NCBI RefSeq assembly: GCF_001194135.2 | Contig: NC_068985.1 | Span: 84,247,579-84,290,892 of the forward strand | DNA: 43,314 nucleotides | Direction of reading: 5' to 3' | Source of the DNA: Octopus bimaculoides | Taxonomy: Eukaryota | Part shown: piece by piece, positions 23,245-33,667 of the stretch | Layout of the letters: the number at the start of each line of letters is the position of its first letter | Numbering within the stretch: the first letter of the stretch is position 1 | Translations under genes and position numbers: made by a program | The notes under the pieces: generated by a model | What the model was told of the DNA's origin: nothing | Database searches by the model: none | Seen by the model: only the letters and a program-made list of their open reading frames with translations

Positions 23245-23560
23245 TCTGGACTGAATCATTAGAGTGTCAGTCAATGATTTGCAGTATTTAGTCAGGGCTC
23301 TTTATATTCTGAGTTCAAATCCTTCCAAGATCAACTCTTGATTTTCATCCCTTGAGGTTTGACACCAATCGAGTACTTAGGTCAATGGTATTGGCTAGCT
23401 CCTTTCCCTCAAAATTGCTGGCTTTGTGTCTAAATCAGTGAGGATAATTAGTCTTATGGGTGGATTAGCAGAATCATTAGAGAACTGAAAAAGTGTTTTG
23501 CAGTGTTTGTTCTGGCTCTTTCTCTTTACATCCCAAGTTCAAATCCTCTCAGGACATTAT
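23245..23560 (+). mobile_element. old SINE family C copy plus a second head fragment
   Basis: TTCTGAGTTCAAATCC..GATCAACT..TTTCATCCCTT..GGTCAAT..CCCTCAAAATTGCTGGCTTTGTGTCTAAA is homologous to 8891-9110. Confidence 0.65.
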
Positions 23561-23697
23561 ATAATCTAGCTATTGTATTCCAATGCACTTATGCCCTACT
23601 TCCACTGGATCTGTCATTCTCTCTCCATTGGGTAATTAATATTCCATTGCCAAGGGGTTCATACCTATCTTTCTAGAAACATTGTACCCAAACACAC

Positions 23698-24081
23698 GTG
23701 GAGGCGCAATGGCCCAGCGGTTAGGGCAGCGGACTCGCGGTCTTAGGATCGCGGTTTCAATTCCCAGACCGGGCGTTGTGAGTGTTTATTGAGCGAAAAC
23801 ACCTAAAGCTCCACAAGGCTCCGGCAGGGGATGGTGGCGAACCCTGCTGTACTCTTTCACCACAACTTTCTCTCACTCTTACTTCCTGTTTCTGTTGTGC
23901 CTATAATTCGAAGGGTCAGCCTTGTCACACTCTGTGTCACGCTGAATATCCCCGAGAACTACGTTAAGGGTACACGTGTCTGTGGAGTGCTCAGTCACTT
24001 GCACGTAAATTTCACGAGCAGGCTGTTCCGTTGATCGGATCAACTGGAACCCTCGACGTCGTAAACGACGGAGTGCCAACA
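23698..24081 (+). mobile_element. tRNA(Arg)-like SINE (family D), full length, CpG-rich, with 12-bp TSD
   Basis: Head TGGCCCAGCGGTTAGGGCAGCGGACTCGCGGTCTTAGGATCGCGGTTTCAATTCC aligns by eye with the eukaryotic tRNA-Arg 5' region (A- and B-box). (AAC) tail. Perfect direct repeat ACCCAAACACAC at 23686-23697 and 24082-24093. Confidence 0.9.
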
Positions 24082-24779
24082 ACCCAAACACACACTGACA
24101 ATTTATATTTGAGAAGCACTTCATTGTACTTTCAGCCATCAATCCATCTTCACTGCCTAGTATTCCAGGCAGGGTCATGGGGGTTACAGTTCTCAGACAC
24201 CTCCTCCATAAGGTTCTATCAGAAGTAACCATCAATGCACTTTTTTCCTGGGTTCCCAAGTGTGACTAACTGGGGCAATGGACATTATCCAATCACCTCA
24301 CTCCTGGTCCCCTGTTAGGTCTCTTGCCCTTTGGTTGGGCTTGCAAAATTTGCTTCACAATTCTTTCCTGCAGCATGTACTTTTATACATGTTAAAAATA
24401 CAGCTACAAGTTTTGCTAATTGGTTTAATCCCTTCATGATAATGTTTCTAATGAGAGTAGCTTGTTAACTATGTGTTTTAGTTAATTTTCACAGTAATGA
24501 AGATATTGGAGAAAATTTAGTAAACTGTCTATATATTGGTTATTATTGTTCCTTAGCTCCAAGTCATCTTTTATTATCAGTGAACTTGTAATTGAAGTTA
24601 TTCAAACCATGGTCATTCCATTGATTTTCCATCTTTTATGGCATAATGATTCCTGAAACCTATCACTCTATGTGTCTTTTACTTTCAAATCCTGCTCAGG
24701 CCAAATTTGACACTCCTCCTCCTTGACTATGTATTACGTGTATATGCATAGCCCTTGACAAGTTTTATTGAAGAAGACA

Positions 24780-25372
24780 AGGCACAGGAGTGGCTGTGTG
24801 GTAAGTAGCTTGCTTACCAACCACATGGTTCCAGGTTCAGTCCCACTGCGTGGCGCCTTGGGCAAGTGTCTTCTACTATAGCCTCGGGTCAACCAAAGCC
24901 TTGTGACTGGATTTGGTAGATGGAAACTGAAAGAAGCCCGTCGCATATATGTATATATATGTGTGTGTGCGTGTGTCTGTGTTTGTCCCCCCACCCAACA
25001 TCGCTTGACAACCGATGCTGGTGTGTTTACGTCCCCATAACTTAGCAGTTTGGCAAAAGAGATCTATAGAATAAGTACTAGGCTTACAAAGANNNNNNNN
25101 NNTTTGGTAGATGGAAACTGAAAGAAGCCCGTCGCATATATGTATATATATGTGTGTGTGCGTGTGTCTGTGTTTGTCCCCCCACCCAACATCGCTTGAC
25201 AACCGATGCTGGTGTGTTTACGTCCCCATAACTTAGCAGTTTGGCAAAAGAGATCTATAGAATAAGTACTAGGCTTACAAAGAATAAGTCCTGGGGTCGA
25301 TTTGCTCGACTAAAGGTGGTGCTCCAGCATGGCTGCAGTCAAATGACTGAAACAAGTAAAAGAGTAAAAGAG
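24780..25372 (+). mobile_element. SINE family A, full length, young (apparent 181-bp duplication is an assembly echo)
   Basis: A-box TGGCTGTGTGG 24791-24801, GGTTCAGTCCC 24834-24844, tail AAACAAGTAAAAGAGTAAAAGAG; 24912-25092 is identical to 25103-25283 across a 10-N gap. Confidence 0.92.
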
Positions 25373-25589
25373 TTGCTCATACAGACAAGTTTCCTTCTCT
25401 CAACAATTGATCTTGTCCAAAGAAAATGTCACGGTCACAACCTTAAGGCCAGTACAACTTGGCATCAGTGTTATTGCAAACATCAGAACACAAAGGGCTG
25501 GAGCTGATACCATAGACATCTTGTCTGACCCTCTAACAAATCCAACAATTTAGAGTGGTACTTTTTATCAAGCTTGCTTCACAGCTACA

Positions 25590-25860
25590 TAGTTTGGGGT
25601 TCAGTCCCACTGTATAGCAGTTTGGGTAAGTGCCTTCTATTACTGCCCTGGATTCACCTAAGCTTCATGACATGTGAGTAGATTTAGTTAACAGAAACTG
25701 AAAGAAGCCTGTCGTGTGTGCGTGCGTGTGTTACTGTCATGGAGAAATATTGCCTTTTCTGGAAACAGGTAAGGGTTGATCACAGGAAGAGCATCTGACC
25801 ATAGAAAATCTGCCTCAATAAAATTTTAACCATCCCATGCAAGCATGGAAAAGGTTTCAA
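25590..25860 (+). mobile_element. SINE family A head fused to a family B-variant 3' end
   Basis: GGTTCAGTCCCACTG..GAAACTGAAAGAAGCCTGTCG, then GGAAACAGGTAAGGGTTG..CCATAGAAAATCTGCCTCAA..CCCATGCAAGCATGGAAAAG. Confidence 0.65.
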
Positions 25861-25884
25861 AGTGGTGGTGGTGGCAGTGAGTTA

Positions 25885-25960
25885 AATTTGACCTCAGCGG
25901 GATTTGAACTCAGAGTGCGGTAAATCAGAACAAACATTATGATGCATTTTATCCAACACC
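25885..25960 (-). mobile_element. SINE family C head fragment
   Basis: GACCTCAGCGGGATTTGAACTCAGA is the reverse complement of the family C B-box region (TCTGAGTTCAAATTCC..GAGGTC). Confidence 0.55.
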
Positions 25961-27276
25961 ACCTACTACTTCATTGATTCATTTATTATTAAATGTATGT
26001 TAGGCAGCGCCAGCATAATATAATTTTTGTATTAGTACGTCCTGTTGATGCTGACCAACTGACATCCCAGAATAACATTGATATTACATTGAGATTTTAA
26101 TACAGGTGTTCTCAGTTGGGTCAGTGTTAAAGTAGTTAATACAGATTCTCCTTAAATAACTAATTACATTTTGGTAGAATAATAATTTTAAAAAATATCA
26201 TCAGTATCTCTATATTCCCTTGAAATTCATTTTTAAGGATGATTTTATTAATTTTACATTGTTACAATAAATCAAATGTCACTGATTACACCATTTCTAT
26301 GTGTTGTGTGATACAGGTTTATTTTTATGTTATTTATTGCTCTCATTTGAGTTAATTATGTATGCCCTATCATGTATATGTGTCATATATGACTATAGCA
26401 AACATAGTATTCTTGTTGAATGATCCTAACTAGTGTTAAGTCTGTGTTTGTTGTTGATTGTTAAGGAAAAAGGATATTGTTTGTTGTGGCATCAGTTTGT
26501 TTATTTTCTTCCTATTTCTTTCCTTTGCTTTCTTGTAAAACAATAGTATCATTCTCCAGAGTTTGTTTTTGTTTTTTGTTGTTGTTTTCTTTTTAATTTT
26601 TATTATTTCCTTTCTAATTTACATGTGTTTATTTATCAAAAGTGTTCCAGGTGTCTTTCCATAGTGGTACAATATCAGGTGTCTGCTTAAACATTTATGC
26701 TATATTACATTGTTTGCAATTGTCATGCGGGCATGTAAATTTGTATGCAACATTGGTTTGCTTGTTCTGAGTTTTACTGCTTGTTTTCTCTTTATTTTTG
26801 GTGTTCATTGCAAACATCACGTACATTAATTTCAAATGACAAGTCGCAGCTAATGATATATTATCACAAACACTGAAAATTTGATAACCTCATTTACATA
26901 AAAAAAAAAACAAATGCATCTGAGATATAACATAATACTTCACATAGGATACAAATTCATGAACCATCAGCCCAGAAGTTTTGTAGCTAGTATGAATTTT
27001 TAAAATTTTTTTTAGTTAGGTAGATAAATAAACAATTCATTTCTGGTATGTAATGTAATATCTGAAACTGGATAAAGACACAAAAGCCACGTGCAGGAAG
27101 TCTGATATTCACATTATATTTAAATTCAAACAAAATTTAGTGAAATTTGTTTTTGAACATGAAGTATTAAAATAAATTTTAAAAAATACTTTTATTCAGC
27201 GTTGAGTGGTTGAGAAACTTACTTTACAACCATGTGTTTTGGGTTCAATCCAACAGCATAGCACTTATCTTTTATC

Positions 27277-27498
27277 TTCTATCTTTTATTTGTTTCAGTC
27301 ACTAAACTGTGGTCATGCTGGAGCACCACCTTGAAGAATTTGGAGTTGAATGAATCAACCCCAGTACTTTTTTTTTTTGTTTTTAAGCCTGTACTTTTTT
27401 TATCGATATCTTTTTGCTGCACCACTAAGTTACAGGGACATAAACACACCAGCACCAGTTGTCAAGCAGTGGTGGTGACAAAGACACACACATGCACA

Positions 27499-27530
<32 letters not shown>
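27277..27530 (-). mobile_element. SINE family A 3' half ending in its internal (TG)n(TA)n tract
   Basis: TTTGTTTCAGTCA..CTGTGGTCATGCTGGAGCACCACC..CTAAGTTACAGGGACATAAACACACCAGCA..GTTGTCAAGC; a short plus-strand head fragment lies at about 27196-27267. Confidence 0.8.
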
Positions 27531-27533
<3 letters not shown>

Positions 27534-28267
27534 GAAGGAGTGTACACAAAAGTAACTAGAAACGTTCTCTGTGAGACAGGTCCATTGTAGTTCAGGCTTC
27601 TGCTGCTAGGAGCCACTTGATGCAACCCTCAAGCATCAGTCTGCAGACCAGCATTGTCCCCTGATGTCATACTGACATATGATGCATCATTGTTTTGCAG
27701 TACTTCTCTCCTGTTCATCAATTTTTGTGATGGCTGAAATGAAGGAACAATGTGCTTCCATAAAATTCTGTTTTCTGCCAGGGAAAACAGGAGCTGAAAC
27801 AGTTGTCATGCTTCAACAGCTTACAAGACCACTGCCATGAGCAAAACACAAGTTTACAAGTGGTTTTTATGCTTTACGGATGGTTACTTCTCACTTGAGG
27901 GCCAACCTCATTCAGGGTAGCTGTTGGCCGACTGAACAAATGAAAGCATCATGAAAATTCATGAACTGATCTTGGAAGACCATCACCTAACAATTGACAA
28001 ATTTGTTGATATGAATGGTGTGTCCTGGAGCTCCTGCCAACAAAATTTGGAGTGAGGAATTGTGAATGAAAAGAGATGCAGCAAAATTTGTGCCTCACCC
28101 ACTCACAGAAGATCAAAAGCAGTCATGACTGAATGTGAATCATGAACTGAAAGAACAGTTGGAAGTTGATCCAGACCTTTTTCAAAGGTCATCACCGGTG
28201 ACAGAAGCTGGTGCTACGGAATTTGAAGATGTGGAAGAGATGAAGAAAAAAATCGATGGAGGCACTG
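27531..28267 (+). mobile_element. internally deleted mariner transposon
   Basis: TA-TGAAGGAGTGTACACAAAAGTAACTAGAA TIR-like start. ATG 27730 gives MAEMKEQCASIKFCFLPGKTGAETVVML..AMSKTQVYKWF. AAKFVPHPLTEDQK at 28078-28119 (WVPH-like motif). KVITGDRSWCYG at 28185-28220 (first catalytic D) is joined directly to FEDVEEMKKK. Confidence 0.9.
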
Positions 28268-28274
28268 TGTTGCT

Positions 28275-28690
28275 TACAGTTCAATCCAACCACTTGTAAC
28301 ATCTTAAGCAAATTTGGACTGTTATAACTGAGAATTAAGTTGTGTCTTAGGAGTAGAAAAAATTTGGTAAACAGAAACTATGCATGAGTCAGTTTTACAC
28401 ACACACATGCACAAACATGCATACACACACATACCCATACACACATACATCTTATTTTTACTTGTTTCAGCCATTGGATTGTGGCCATGCTGGAGCACCA
28501 CCTTCAAGGGTTCTGTTTAAAAATCACTCCAAGTTGTATATTTAAGCCCGGTATTCATTCTCTTGGGGGTTTTTTTTTGCCAAACCACTATATCATGGAG
28601 ACAAACAAACCAACACTGGTTGTCAAGTGGGGATTGAGGACTAATTATAATAGACTGGAGGACAAACACACACACTCACACACTCACATA
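28275..28690. mobile_element. SINE family A: plus-strand head fragment (28275-28450) abutting a minus-strand 3' half (28452-28690)
   Basis: AGTTCAATCC..AATTTGGTAAACAGAAACT.., then TTACTTGTTTCAGCCATTGGATTGTGGCCATGCTGGAGCACCACC..GGTTGTCAAG. Confidence 0.7.
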
Positions 28691-29459
28691 CACATATATA
28701 TAGAGAGAGAGACAGACAGTCTGACAGACTGAGACAGACAGACAGACAGACAGAGTCAACAAATGAGATCAAGAGACGCTCAATATACACATGTAGTAGC
28801 GCTCAAATGATTTGAACTTACAGGTGGAAATAGCATGAAAGTATGTTAAAGGATTGTTTTATATTTGTTACATTAAGTGACTTTTTATAAAATGCTACTG
28901 GTTTCGATGTGTATGTCCATTGCATCAAATATTAGAATTCTTTTTTTCAGTTCAATATAATTTTGAAACTTGACCCCTTGAACTGCATTTCAGACCCCTA
29001 AATAGACAATATATATAAGAAGAGATTCTAAGATGAAATTTCTGNNNNNNNNNNNNNNNNNNNNNNNNNNNNNNNNNNNNNNNNNNNNNNNNNNNNNNNN
29101 NNNNNNNNNNNNNNNNNNNNNNNNNNNNNNNNNNNNNNNNNNNNNNNNNNNNNNNNNNNNNNNNNNNNNNNNNNNNNNNNNNNNNNNNNNNNNNNNNNNN
29201 NNNNNNNNNNNNNNNNNNNNNNNNNNNNNNNNNNNNNNNNNNNNNNNNNNNNNNNNNNNNNNNNNNNNNNNNNNNNNNNNNNNNNNNNNNNNNNNNNNNN
29301 NNNNNNNNNNNNNNNNNNNNNNNNNNNNNNNNNNNNNNNNNNNNNNNNNNNNNNNNNNNNNNNNNNNNNNNNNNNNNNNNNNNNNNNTATTGTTTTTTTC
29401 CTAATTAATTCATATGCATATATATATATTAATTTATTTATTTATTTGTGTGTGTGTGT

Positions 29460-29635
29460 TTTTGTGAGTGTGTTAATGCCCACCCCCGTGACAGCTTGAC
29501 AGTTCAACATAAGAAACTGATAGAATGAGTACCAAACTTAAAAATGTAAGTACTGGGGGTGATTTGTTCAACTAGACCCTTCAAGGCAGTGCCCCAGCAT
29601 GGCAGCAGCCCAGTGACTGAAACAAGTAAAAGACA
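29460..29635 (+). mobile_element. SINE family A 3' fragment
   Basis: GATAGAATGAGTACC..GTACTGGGGGTGATTTGTTCAACTAGACCCTTCAAGGCAGTGCCCCAGCATGG..GACTGAAACAAGTAAAAG. Confidence 0.8.
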
Positions 29636-30332
29636 GATAACAAATGCATATATATATATATAAATGTACATATACCCATCTAACCATTAGTCTAGTCAAC
29701 TATTTATCTCTCTATCTATCATGCTACCATCTATCCGTCTATTATTCTCTCTGGCATTCATTGTTATCATGTTATCATACATCCATCTTTGTTTTAGTTT
29801 GAATTGCAAATATTTACTGAAGCTAAACAGACAAATGCTGTATGGGTTAGAGGCAGAGTTTGTATGGAAATTGATAGGTTGAAAGTGATGATGCAGGTGG
29901 TGTTGAAGGACTGATTTCAAATCCCAAGATAACCTATTTTTCTTTTCCAATATCGGGTTCTTTTTCTTTTTAAAAAAAAATTCCACTTCAAATTGTTCTT
30001 CTTTCAAAATGTATTACACCTTCTTGTAAACTATTTCTTGCAGGCTTTCCCCCCCCCTCTCTCTCTCTCTTGTTGTAGTAGTAGTAGTTGGGGGGGGGCA
30101 GTAGTTATTGAACACATGTACTGCATGTTTACTTTATATTTATTTTCTACGTATATTTGGTTAATTTCAGAATGATGGAAGAATCAAAGTAAAGTAGTTG
30201 CTCTGCAATGTGCAATATTCTGATTATCATGCACATATCAATGATATCAAAGTTATCTATATTAGAATATAAACACATAATTACTCATATTGATACATAT
30301 ACAAACACATATACACCCTCACACTTACACAC

Positions 30333-30681
30333 TTCTCTTTACTCTTACTCTTTACTCTTTTACTTGTTTCAGTCTTTTGACTGCGGCCATGCTGGAGCAC
30401 CGCCTTTAGTCGAGCAAATCGACCCCAGGACTTATTCTTTGGAAGCCTAGTACTTATTCTATCAGTCTCTTTTGCCAAACCGCTAAGTTACGGGGACGTA
30501 AACACACCAGCATTGGTTGTCAAGAGATGTTGGTGGGACAAACACAGACATACAAACACATACATAAATATATATATATACAGATATACGACAGGCTTCT
30601 CTCAGTTTCCATCTACCATATCTACTCACAAGGCTTTGGTCGTCCCGAGGCTATAGTAGAAGACACTTGCCCAAGATGCCA
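30333..30681 (-). mobile_element. SINE family A, 5'-truncated, young
   Basis: High identity to 14732-15060; (TTACTC)n tail; stops at CACTTGCCCAAGATGCCA next to a tandem TGCCAATATATATA duplication. Confidence 0.9.
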
Positions 30682-30733
30682 ATATATATATGCCAATATA
30701 TATATTCTCAACACATTCCACAAGACTTGGACA

Positions 30734-31009
30734 CATGGGCTCAGGAACAGAGGGTGCAGGGGTGCAAGTGCACCTCCAAAGATTTTGGGTGTGTAAAATC
30801 AAAATCTGCACCCCTACTCACTTTTACCAAATTTAGAAAACAGCGTGTAGAAAGGAATCTCTAAAAAGTATTTTAAAGTTAGGTATCTTCTTAAAGAACA
30901 AAGAACAAAAATATATAAATAAAACAAGAAGGCCTTGTTTGTAATTAAATTATGGACCTGGGTTTGCACCCCCATCCCCCACTAAGCAAATTTCGTTCCT
31001 GAACCAGTG
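30734..31009. mobile_element. hAT-superfamily MITE with perfect 8-bp TSD
   Basis: Termini CATGGGCTCAGGAAC and GTTCCTGAACCAGTG are imperfect inverted repeats; subterminal GGGGTGCAA / TTGCACCCC; CTTGGACA at 30726-30733 and 31010-31017. An 8-bp TSD is characteristic of hAT. Confidence 0.85.
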
Positions 31010-31204
31010 CTTGGACAGGAATATGCCATTTGCTGTTGGGTTTCCTTGTCGGAAAACATTTTCTCTCTTTGGACAATGTGTGGTAATGAAATACATATTT
31101 CAGTTATGTAATGTTATCTGAGGCACTTGTGTTTCAGTATTATTCTGTCTCTTCAAGAAGAGATAGTACCCAGAACTCTGCATCTAAACAAGAACAGTTG
31201 TTCT

Positions 31205-31540
31205 TGCATAGCACTGTGGGCCAATGTCTTTTACTATAGCCTCATAGCCTCTGGCCAACCATGGCCTTGTAAGGGATTTGATAAACAGAAACTGAGAGAA
31301 GCTCATTGTATATATACACACACACACACACACATACGTGTGTGTGTCTCCCTGCCATAACTTGACAACCGATCAGATATGTTTATGTGCCCGTATCTTA
31401 GAGGTCCAGCAAAAGAGACCAATAGAATAAGTACTAGGCTTACAAAGAATACGTCCTGGGGTCAATTTCTTTTACTAAAACCCTTTGAGGCAGTGCCCCT
31501 GTAGTCAAATGACTGACACAAGTAAAAAAAATAAAAGAAT
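31205..31540 (+). mobile_element. SINE family A, 5'-degenerate
   Basis: TACTATAGCCTC..GCCTTGTAAG..GAAACTGAGAGAAGC..CTTGACAACCGAT..AAAAGAGACCAATAGAATAAGTACTAGGCTTACAAAGAATACGTCCTGGGGTC..GTCAAATGACTGAC. Confidence 0.85.
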
Positions 31541-32098
31541 AGATGTGTGTGTGCATATGTGCATGTGTGTGTGTTTGTGTGTTCTGAAAGAAGAACACTG
31601 TTGACAGTGACTTTGAAGTCTTGGTCAGTTGAGGCATCATCAGACAATATTCATGTTTAAGAATAATAAATTTTTCCTCAACAAAAGTATAGAGTACCCC
31701 AACAAATTAATGTAAAATAGTTTTTATTATAACCAAACATAAAAACTAGCATTATCACACACATACACACACACACACCTAACCTAGACCATGCTGATGA
31801 TCAGCTCATCCGCTGTGTTATACAGTGTAAGATATGTTAAAATTCCTTGAGAATGCTGCAGCCAAAATCAGACTGTTTCTTAATGCAGACAATATCTAAT
31901 GACATGACCATCAATGAAGACAACCACCAGCTAGTTTGTTTTCTTTTCCAATGGATGTACATGATGTAAGGAAGTCACTGACATTAAGTAGTTTGGGTCC
32001 CATGTCGCTGACAGTAAGAAAGACATTCCCACATGCTAAGAACAAGCCCAGGTTACTTGTAACAAGTTTCAAAATATTTGGGACAAGTGAAGTGAGCA

Positions 32099-32238
32099 CT
32101 GGAAAGTTCCGAGGATGTGACTTCCTGAAAAGATCCTAGCTTTTCCTGGGAAGTTCTGTTCCTGGACAGCTCCGAGGAAGGGACTTTCTGGAAAGTTCCG
32201 AGGAGGGGGAGGAATTACTTCCTGGAAAGTTCTGAGGA
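32099..32238. repeat. array of six degenerate copies of TTCCTGGAAAGTTCCGAGGA
   Basis: Copies at about 32099, 32121, 32143, 32159, 32185 and 32218. Confidence 0.85.
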
Positions 32239-32357
32239 GGGGCGCCCATCATGCTGCTGCTGAATTTGGATACTTCAATAATGTGTAACGGCACGCACAT
32301 GATATCTTGAATGGACCAGCCGCTGGTCAAGATGTTCTTATAACTCCAATGTCCCTC

Positions 32358-33306
32358 NNNNNNNNNNNNNNNNNNNNNNNNNNNNNNNNNNNNNNNNNNN
32401 NNNNNNNNNNNNNNNNNNNNNNNNNNNNNNNNNNNNNNNNNNNNNNNNNNNNNNNNNNNNNNNNNNNNNNNNNNNNNNNNNNNNNNNNNNNNNNNNNNNN
32501 NNNNNNNNNNNNNNNNNNNNNNNNNNNNNNNNNNNNNNNNNNNNNNNNNNNNNNNNNNNNNNNNNNNNNNNNNNNNNNNNNNNNNNNNNNNNNNNNNNNN
32601 NNNNNNNNNNNNNNNNNNNNNNNNNNNNNNNNNNNNNNNNNNNNNNNNNNNNNNNNNNNNNNNNNNNNNNNNNNNNNNNNNNNNNNNNNNNNNNNNNNNN
32701 NNNNNNNNNNNNNNNNNNNNNNNNNNNNNNNNNNNNNNNNNNNNNNNNNNNNNNNNNNNNNNNNNNNNNNNNNNNNNNNNNNNNNNNNNNNNNNNNNNNN
32801 NNNNNNNNNNNNNNNNNNNNNNNNNNNNNNNNNNNNNNNNNNNNNNNNNNNNNNNNNNNNNNNNNNNNNNNNNNNNNNNNNNNNNNNNNNNNNNNNNNNN
32901 NNNNNNNNNNNNNNNNNNNNNNNNNNNNNNNNNNNNNNNNNNNNNNNNNNNNNNNNNNNNNNNNNNNNNNNNNNNNNNNNNNNNNNNNNNNNNNNNNNNN
33001 NNNNNNNNNNNNNNNNNNNNNNNNNNNNNNNNNNNNNNNNNNNNNNNNNNNNNNNNNNNNNNNNNNNNNNNNNNNNNNNNNNNNNNNNNNNNNNNNNNNN
33101 NNNNNNNNNNNNNNNNNNNNNNNNNNNNNNNNNNNNNNNNNNNNNNNNNNNNNNNNNNNNNNNNNNNNNNNNNNNNNNNNNNNNNNNNNNNNNNNNNNNN
33201 NNNNNNNNNNNNNNNNNNNNNNNNNNNNNNNNNNNNNNNNNNNNNNNNNNNNNNNNNNNNNNNNNNNNNNNNNNNNNNNNNNNNNNNNNNNNNNNNNNNN
33301 NNNNNN
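32358..33306. other. largest of 13 assembly gaps (others: 6318-6407, 8401-8500, 10283-10939, 11872-12616, 16022-16236, 17220-17229, 18413-19282, 19802-19811, 20965-20974, 25093-25102, 29045-29387, 36814-37675)
   Basis: Runs of N; about 4.9 kb unseen, which could hide exons. Confidence 1.
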
Positions 33307-33629
33307 TATGTTTGTATATATGCAAATATTAGGTTCGCTCATGCCCCATTTGGTTTGTTGTTGTCTACTTAAATTGTATCACTGTTTCCAGGAGCAAACT
33401 GAAAACAAGACAAAACAACAACAGCAGCACAAACAAAAATTAACGAAAGCCCTAAACCAAAATAGCTCACTAAGACCAAAAATAAACAAATCAATCAATC
33501 GGTGTCCCCCGCAAATCCTCTTCCTTTTCCCCAGCTCCAATGAACCCTTGCTCTTCTTCCACCACTCTACCACTTTATATTTTATAGCATAATTTTTGTT
33601 TTCAAACAGCAAGTAACACATTTATGTTA

Positions 33630-33667
<38 letters not shown>

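Noticed and set aside
23698-23775. Possible tRNA-Arg gene
   Set aside because: No proper acceptor or anticodon stem pairing; it continues into a 380-bp body with tail and TSD, so it is a SINE head.
24912-25283. 181-bp exact tandem duplication inside a SINE
   Set aside because: Identical copies directly flank a 10-N gap, the signature of unmerged overlapping contig ends.
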